Assembly (NCBI GenBank): GCA_012295275.1
Contig: CM022674.1
Location: 1,426,001 to 1,490,000 of the forward strand
Length of the DNA: 64,000 nt
Direction: 5' to 3'
From: Chrysomallon squamiferum
Taxonomy: Eukaryota; Animalia; Mollusca
Shown here: one piece after another, positions 56,726 to 64,000 of the stretch
How positions within the stretch are numbered: the first letter of the stretch is position 1
Layout of the letters: each line of letters opens with the position of its first letter
Position numbers and translations under genes: made by a program
Notes under the pieces: generated by a model
The model's input: only the letters and a program-made list of their open reading frames with translations
Database searches by the model: none
Told to the model about the DNA's origin: nothing

Positions 56726-57294
56726 TATTTATTTATTTATTTATTTATAGAGTGTGTGTGTGAGATATTTAGGTCTATTTTATCATTATTATTATTATTA
56801 TTATTATTTATTATTATTTATTCTTAGTATCTGTAAATGAATGGATGAATATAAAAATTATGTATGCAGTCCGATTTTAAATTCTTTTCATTACTGTTCA
56901 GTTCTTGTCTATATTTAACATGCAGTTGGATGTTTTTGTGTGAGGAAATATTCAAAACTTCTTCCCTGTTCCAGTTTTTGCATTCTAACAGATGGTAGCA
57001 ATTTATTTTCCTTCATAATACACAAGCTTTTCTTCTAAGGAAAAATAACAAGAAGCTAAATGTTAGTACATCAATCAGTGAGAAATAACAACTAACAGCT
57101 TGATGCGTATTAAAAAATAAAGCAGCAGCAGCTGCAACAACAACAACAACAACAATGAAACAATAAAATATCCCAAAACAATAGATGTAAATAAAATAGA
57201 AATAAATAAATAAATAAAAATAATAATAATAAAAAATTAATAATAATAAATATAATAATAATAACAATAATAATAATAACAATAATAATAAAAA

Positions 57295-57325
<31 letters not shown>

Positions 57326-59989
57326 TACTCCCATACAGTTATTTCTGATTCAGACAGTTTGTTTTTAACAAAAATACATTTGTGATAAAATATCTGCAGA
57401 TGTGGCCATATGGTTTTAAAAAAAAAAAAAATGTTATCTTCTCTGCTTGTGTGCTAGTTACCATATTTAACACCACTACTGATTATTTCATTCCACTGAT
57501 ACAACTGATATAATTAATGATTTTCTTATTAAGGGATCAAGAAATCTAGTATATATAACAAGCAACAACAACAACAACAGCAACATCAACAACAAATGTA
57601 ATACTTGTTAAGAGTCAGGAGGAATAGTCTTGTAAATAAATTTTATTTTCTACTTCTTTTTTTACTGGTAATAACAATAAAAAAAAGTTTAAAAATATAA
57701 CTGATGATGATAATGATAATAGGCGTTGTGATAAGATGATTAATGGTATAGCCGAGTACAACAACTGTACACACAAGCGAAGTCTTCATGTGGATTAAGG
57801 TTTAAGCTGCCATTTGACAAACTGCCAGAGAGAAAATTGTTGTAGAAAAATGATTGTGTTGTTGTTAATTTGCCACAAGGTACTTCATGAATTTGCAGTA
57901 TTTGAGGTGGAGGGGGGGGAAGTGTTTTCGTTTGCCAAAAGAAAAAAAAAAAAAGAAGAAAAAAAGAAAGAAACGACAAACATTAGTATTTAACGTCAGC
58001 GAATTCAAATTATGTAATTTTTTGTGATTACATGTTTTCTGGTTATGAAATATTTAGATGTGTACATATTTATCATTATTCGCAAAACTAGTAAGAAACA
58101 AAGAAGTGCAGTGGATTAATTTAACACGCACAAAACCAAAACCAGCACGTTCATACACACGTCTGCTTCAGTACTAATAGTTTGTTTACACAGAGTCTTT
58201 TGTTACGTAAAATCTTTTAATACATGGTTTGTGTACATAGGTGTATCAATATCATTTGTGCATTTAAACACACACACAAAGATCTTTTCCTGTATTAAAC
58301 ATGCATTTAAGTATTTTTTTAGCTTACAAGAGTATTTCACTGGTTAATACATGTTGGTTTTCTGGGTATCTCATCATAATTTGTGTATTTCTGAAAAGGT
58401 TGTGTTCTTGTGAGTGAGTATCAATATAGATACAGTGTGATTATACAGATACCTGCTGTAATTTATATAAATACATCTTGCTTACTTAGGATATAGCTTA
58501 TACCTTTGATCAATATGGATTATTATATTAAATAAATACATATACTCACTTCCACACACATACACCTAGGTTACATCAATATATTATATATATATATATA
58601 TATTCACCTAGGTTATACTGACATAAATATATATTCACCTAGGTTATATCTACAAAATATACATAGTTACACAACACTAATTTATTTTTTTATATATATA
58701 TATATATATGTATGTATATAAATTGCTTAACTTGCTAACTATCAGGATGTAAAAATAAAAGTCTATATAAATATAGAAAGCTCAAACCTATAAATATACA
58801 TATCTGGCTTACATAACTCAAATATCTGCGTACAGATTACTGGCCATGGTAACTTGCTGTACATGAGATCTACATGAATGTTAGAAACCTGAATCCAAAT
58901 GTAAATATAGCTCTCCTGATGGCTGCTTAGGTTAGAGGTGTGTTATATAAATATATCTACAGATTACTGAGGTAACTCGCTTGAGTTTGTTGTCCGAAGA
59001 TATCTACATAAACATAAGTTACTAACCCACGTAACGTATTCGTGGAAATAATTTTTGGTTTAAAAAGAAAAAGACAAAAATAATAACACAAACTTAACCA
59101 CCATAAATTTAGTGATGATGATGATGATGATGGTGATTTTGAAAAATTGTTGATGTTTTTTTTGTTGTTGTTGAATGATTATAAAAAAGAATGTGCTATT
59201 CAAAATGTGTTAGCTATTTATTATTAGTCACCTTTTGGAAAAAATTAACTAATTGATGACTTGATTAATGATAATGCAAATTCAGTTTCATAGATTTGTT
59301 TCTTACAGAGGTCCAAGTGTTTTAATATTTACCTCTGAGAAAGAAAAAAAAAACAATAACAACAAAAAAACACCTCCAAAATACAAAACAACAACAAAAA
59401 AAAAAACCACAGAAAACCCCAACATCAAACAACCAACAACAAAAACAAAAAAATTATGTTTTTCTTTTAGCAGTGTAATCATTTTGTATTAATTTTGTTT
59501 ATTTTCAATTAAGAGAAAATAAACACAAACAAGAACTTAATGAGTAACCAACTAGCTTGGATGTAAAAATGGTATCTATTAATAATCATTAAAAAAGGGC
59601 GTAAAAACAGAAAAAGGATAGTTTTAAAAAAAAAACACGTTTGCTGCACGTGACATTAATGGCTGTGATAACATGCAGAATTATTAATTATGTGTGGTGA
59701 TACTGTGACATCACTTTATTGTGTTATTGGTGATAAATTTGGCTTTGCTGATAATTTTAATGTGACATTTTGGCAGCAGTGATATTAACACTGTGAATAC
59801 GGCAAAAATAACTGATATAAGACTCTTTAAATCATTTTTTTTTTTTTTTTTTAAAGTTATAATGTCATTATACATAGTATCAGGGAGATGTTTGTGTAAA
59901 TTAAATGGCTGTATGGCACATCTGCGTATCATGAAGGTATTATATGGCAATACTGTGGTATTCTTACTTGACAAACTTAAAATGGATTA

Positions 59990-60320
59990 GTGGTATTAAT
60001 GTGGTTTCGTTATATTGTTAAAGATTTCTAAGATCGTTAATGATTTCGTGGTATTGCTTTAATGGTCAAATTATATCGATTACATTGATTATATATTAAT
60101 GTGGATCCATTATTTTGATATTATAGTTTCGCGGTGTTTGTGATGTTATTGAAGTCTGCATGCTTTAATAACATAGTTTCATGGTATTGTTAATATACTT
60201 CAGTTATATTATTAATATGGTCTCATTGCAGTGTTGATGTGGTTTCATGGTATTGTTAATGTGGTTTGATGGCATATTTAATATAATTAAGTGGTAATGT
60301 TGTTATGGTTTCGTGATTTT
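59990..60320. repeat. Degenerate ~23-bp tandem repeat (ATGTGGTTTCATGGTATTGTTA-like)
   Basis: Recurrent GGTTTC...TATTGTTAAT units. Confidence 0.7.
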
Positions 60321-61900
60321 CCTAGGAATGGCAACTGCCTGGCAGTCTGTAGCTGCAGCTGAATAAGATTCTGCCATATTGATTTTTATATATATTTTTT
60401 TTCTTTGGCTTTAAATCTGTGTTTGCTACAGGAAATGCCAGGCCATTACAAGTGACCAGAGCCAGTCATGTTCCTACTGTCTGCAGCGTAACTAATGGCT
60501 CATTTTTAATGGCCAGCTAAAACCAGAATCGATTATTCTGAAACTGCTCTTTCAGAGTAATAAGAAGGATGAAAATAGTTGGTTATCAAGCGTTGGCCGA
60601 ACAAGACTTTTTCTATGCAAGACTTTTTTCTGTGCCGTTTTGCGCAAGTCTGGAATATTTGTTAATTTAGTATGATGAGGAATATGAAAAGAAAGCTGCT
60701 TGCACAACTTAGATGTTTGTAATGTTTCCAGGATACAGACATTAATCTCTGGTTTGTAGAGAAGATCACGATTTTGTTAGTACTCGCATATGATGCAATC
60801 TGGAGACAAAACATAACTTAAAATAAGTGAAAAGTACATAAATTAATAATTACAAAAGACGTAAATAGTAAATAAATATATAAATTAATAACAAGCTGCT
60901 TAATTTTGAAAGAACAAAATTAATTCACAAATTAACAGTAACTAAACAAATAAACAAGCAAAGAAGTAAATCTGAACAAAATAATAAAAACAGTACTGTC
61001 TGTATATTTTCTGCAAAGAAAAAACAAAACACAAAACACAAATAATAATAAAAAATAAAAAAACTGATTAAAATAAAAAATTAATAATAATAATAATAAT
61101 AATATAATTATAATAATAATAATAAATTAAAAAATAATTTAAAAAAAAAGATGAATAAATATAAACAAAAATAAACGGTTAAAACGAAATTTTATACACA
61201 ACTGACACAGCCAATATAGTAACGCTGGTGAAAGGTTACCCCTGCTGAAAAAGCATGTGACCAGCAAGTGGGTCAGACAACCTTTGAACCCACAGGGGGC
61301 CAATACACAGAGTCTGGCAAAGCAGCCAGCCAGCTAGCTAGCCAAACAACAAGCCAACCATAATTTGAGTGAGAGAGACACCATAATCCCATCTATCAAG
61401 GGAAACACAACAGCACAGTATGGTAGAAGCAGGCCTGGCAGCAAGCCAACTACTCTGCAGGGCATGCTTAAGCCCTGAAACTGTATACAGTCTAGTTTTG
61501 TTTGATCTACATAAAGGCTGTTTATCACGTTCAGAGCTAGACTTGGTTCCAGATTTTTTTGATAAATAAAAAGATATAAATAAATAAAATAAAAAATATA
61601 TATTATTATTATTTTTTTTTTTTGGTTTAAATGAAGCTGGAGAGAATATTTTTGCGCGAAGTGATAAAATGATATTTTTATTTTTATTTCTTTCTTGTTT
61701 TGTTATGCTTGTATTTATTTAATATAAAAATATATATATATATATATATATTTTTTTTTTGTAAAGGCCTTATATAATTTTGTGTGAATATTTTGAACCT
61801 ATAATATATATACATATTTAAAAAAATAAAAAAATAAAAAATACAAAACCTGAAAACATCTAAAATAAAAGCTGTTGTGTATGTGGGGTGGGGAGAGAGA

Positions 61901-61940
<40 letters not shown>

Positions 61941-64000
61941 CATTTTACATTTATCATTTGGTAACACTAACTTCTATGATATAGATAAGAAAAAAGTATA
62001 TTAATGACAAGCTTCGAAAACAAACATGAAATTATTTTTTAAATTCACACATTTACACACAGGAAATTAATAAAATAATGGAAATATATATAAATAAAAT
62101 TTACATAATATAACTACCAAAAAATACTATTACACAAATTAAAAATATATTTTGAATGATTCATATTTTCAGAATTTATTCCTTAGTGATGAAAACAAAA
62201 AATAGAAATTTGAAAGTCTAGAGTTAGGCCTGTGGCTGACATTTGAGAAAGGTAAAAACCAAGTCAAATATTCACTTGTCAGTCAGGGCTAAAAAAAAGA
62301 GAGAGAAAAACAACAACCAAGGAAAAAAAAATATTACTCATAATTTAAAGATATCTGTTTTGAATTTCGAATAGTGAAAAAAAAAAAAAGAAGAAAAAAT
62401 AAGAAAACAGAATAAAAATTTTATTTGGGGGTAACAGTTTAGTAAAGAGAAATGGCTGAACACAGTTAAAAGAGAAAATTAAAAATAAAATAAAATATCT
62501 CTAAGAGCAGTAGCAAGTCTAGATTTCTGCAGCCATTATGTGGTTGGGAATACTGCAGAAGTAAATGTTGCTGAGAGAAATATTTTAGAGTATTGCTATT
62601 GTTATTTTTTCTCCCACTGAAATGTGTAAATGGTTGGATATTCAGAACCACATAATCTTCGCCATTGTAATAACACATTAATGTTATTTAGAGAAAAGAA
62701 GAGAAAAGAAAAGTTTTTATTCAAATAAACAGCCTGATCCCTAAGTGAAAGCTATTATCTATACAACAAGAAATGTTTTGTTGTGATAATGTATTGCTTC
62801 TTGCCAAGCCACGTAAATTATTATTTCAAATGGCTAAGCAGAGCATTGGATTTGGCTAAAGTATGTATCTGGAAACACACAGAAAAGAAAAGAAGAAAGA
62901 AAATAAAAGAAATAATATGTTGTTTATTTATAATGAAAAACATGAACTTTATTCCCTGAGGATACAAACCTTAATTTATTTTTAATTTTTTTTTTTTTTT
63001 TTTAAATAAGAAAACTGTGGATAAGAATGAATTAAACAGGTTAAGAGGTAATGAATATATAACTGGATGTATGTGGTTGAGTACTCCAAATGTACATTTT
63101 GAAACCAAATTTGTTTATTATTATTTTTTTTTTTTTTATTATTAACATTTTATCCTTCTTTCTCTCTTATCCTGTTTAATTGATTTAAGCAAACAAACAA
63201 ACAACATAATATTACTTTCTGTAATAACCACGTGAAGGCATCTGATATGGATTAAAGATGGACTTCATACTTTTCATTTAACACATGAACCAGAATGGGG
63301 TGTGGTTTTAGAGCCTGTGTGGAATACACATTTAGGCTATCTTCCATTCCAACCAGTTGGTTTATCAGAGATCATGTTATGGTCTGTATAAAATAGATCC
63401 CTTGTTATTGATAGGTAAAGTTCACACGAAAATGGCAAGCAATGGATTTTCTGTCTCACATCAGTTATCATCATAACAACTAACTTTGATGGACAGGGGA
63501 TTTCCTGGTGAGATCAGAACAGGATGTTTGAGCATGGTTGTGGAAATGCAGAAGAAGAATAAGATAACAACTAACTGTAGATACAGATATATCTTCAGGT
63601 GTTATTAAGTGTTCATTCATGGATGAATAGTAATATGAGGATTACCATACGAAATAGTCTCCTGCCTACAAGTGATGTGCAGTAGAAATAAGAATATTAT
63701 TTTAAATGTCAACTGTCTGACATCCAAGTAGCATATGGATTTTCCCTTTGGTGTCAATGAACTGAAGAAATATTTGAAGTATGAACTGGCAAATTCACTC
63801 TTCAGTTTAATACTTTTTTTTCAGAAAAAGATCAATCCTTGCTCTAACAAAACCCACAAACACTCCCAAAATACAAAAAACACAAAAACAGAAACAAAAA
63901 AAGAACAAAAAACAAAAAAAACAAAAAACAAAAACACAGAACAAAGAAACTGAAATTACAAGAACTGTATGAATGGTCCATACAATGACACTTGTAACAT

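Larger units (their letters stand above)
43457..64000 (+). other. Probable SPEN intron 1 (more than 20.5 kb, open at the right edge)
   Basis: Strong GTAAGT donor at 43457. I found no downstream exon encoding the remainder of RRM1; the sequence is microsatellite-rich and non-coding in character. Confidence 0.7.

Overview
AT-rich, microsatellite-dense animal genomic DNA with GT-AG introns. It looks invertebrate, probably lophotrochozoan or mollusc-like, though that is inference. There are no prokaryotic operons, CRISPR arrays, rRNA or tRNA genes. I reconstructed four spliced protein-coding genes by hand, arranged as two head-to-head pairs. (1) The first three coding exons of CTDNEP1/Dullard (- strand, running off the left edge). 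(2) Divergent from it, a probable 5-exon, 616-aa gene joining three ankyrin repeats to an apparently Ca2+-independent C2 domain and a long acidic tail (+, 8036-28910); I recognise no name for it. (3) A complete 5-exon, 425-aa amidohydrolase resembling the bacterial COG3964 (Atu3266/EF0837-like) deacetylases, with all metal-ligand motifs intact (-, 35007-42212). (4) The first coding exon of SPEN/SHARP (+, 43374-43456), followed by an intron of more than 20 kb that fills the rest of the window. Most other ORFs in the supplied track are microsatellite artefacts. The best leads are the ankyrin-C2 architecture, the intron-containing bacterial-type deacetylase inside a CpG-retaining domain, and a perfect hairpin with uORFs just upstream of the SPEN start codon. 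I cannot establish novelty for any of these without database searches.
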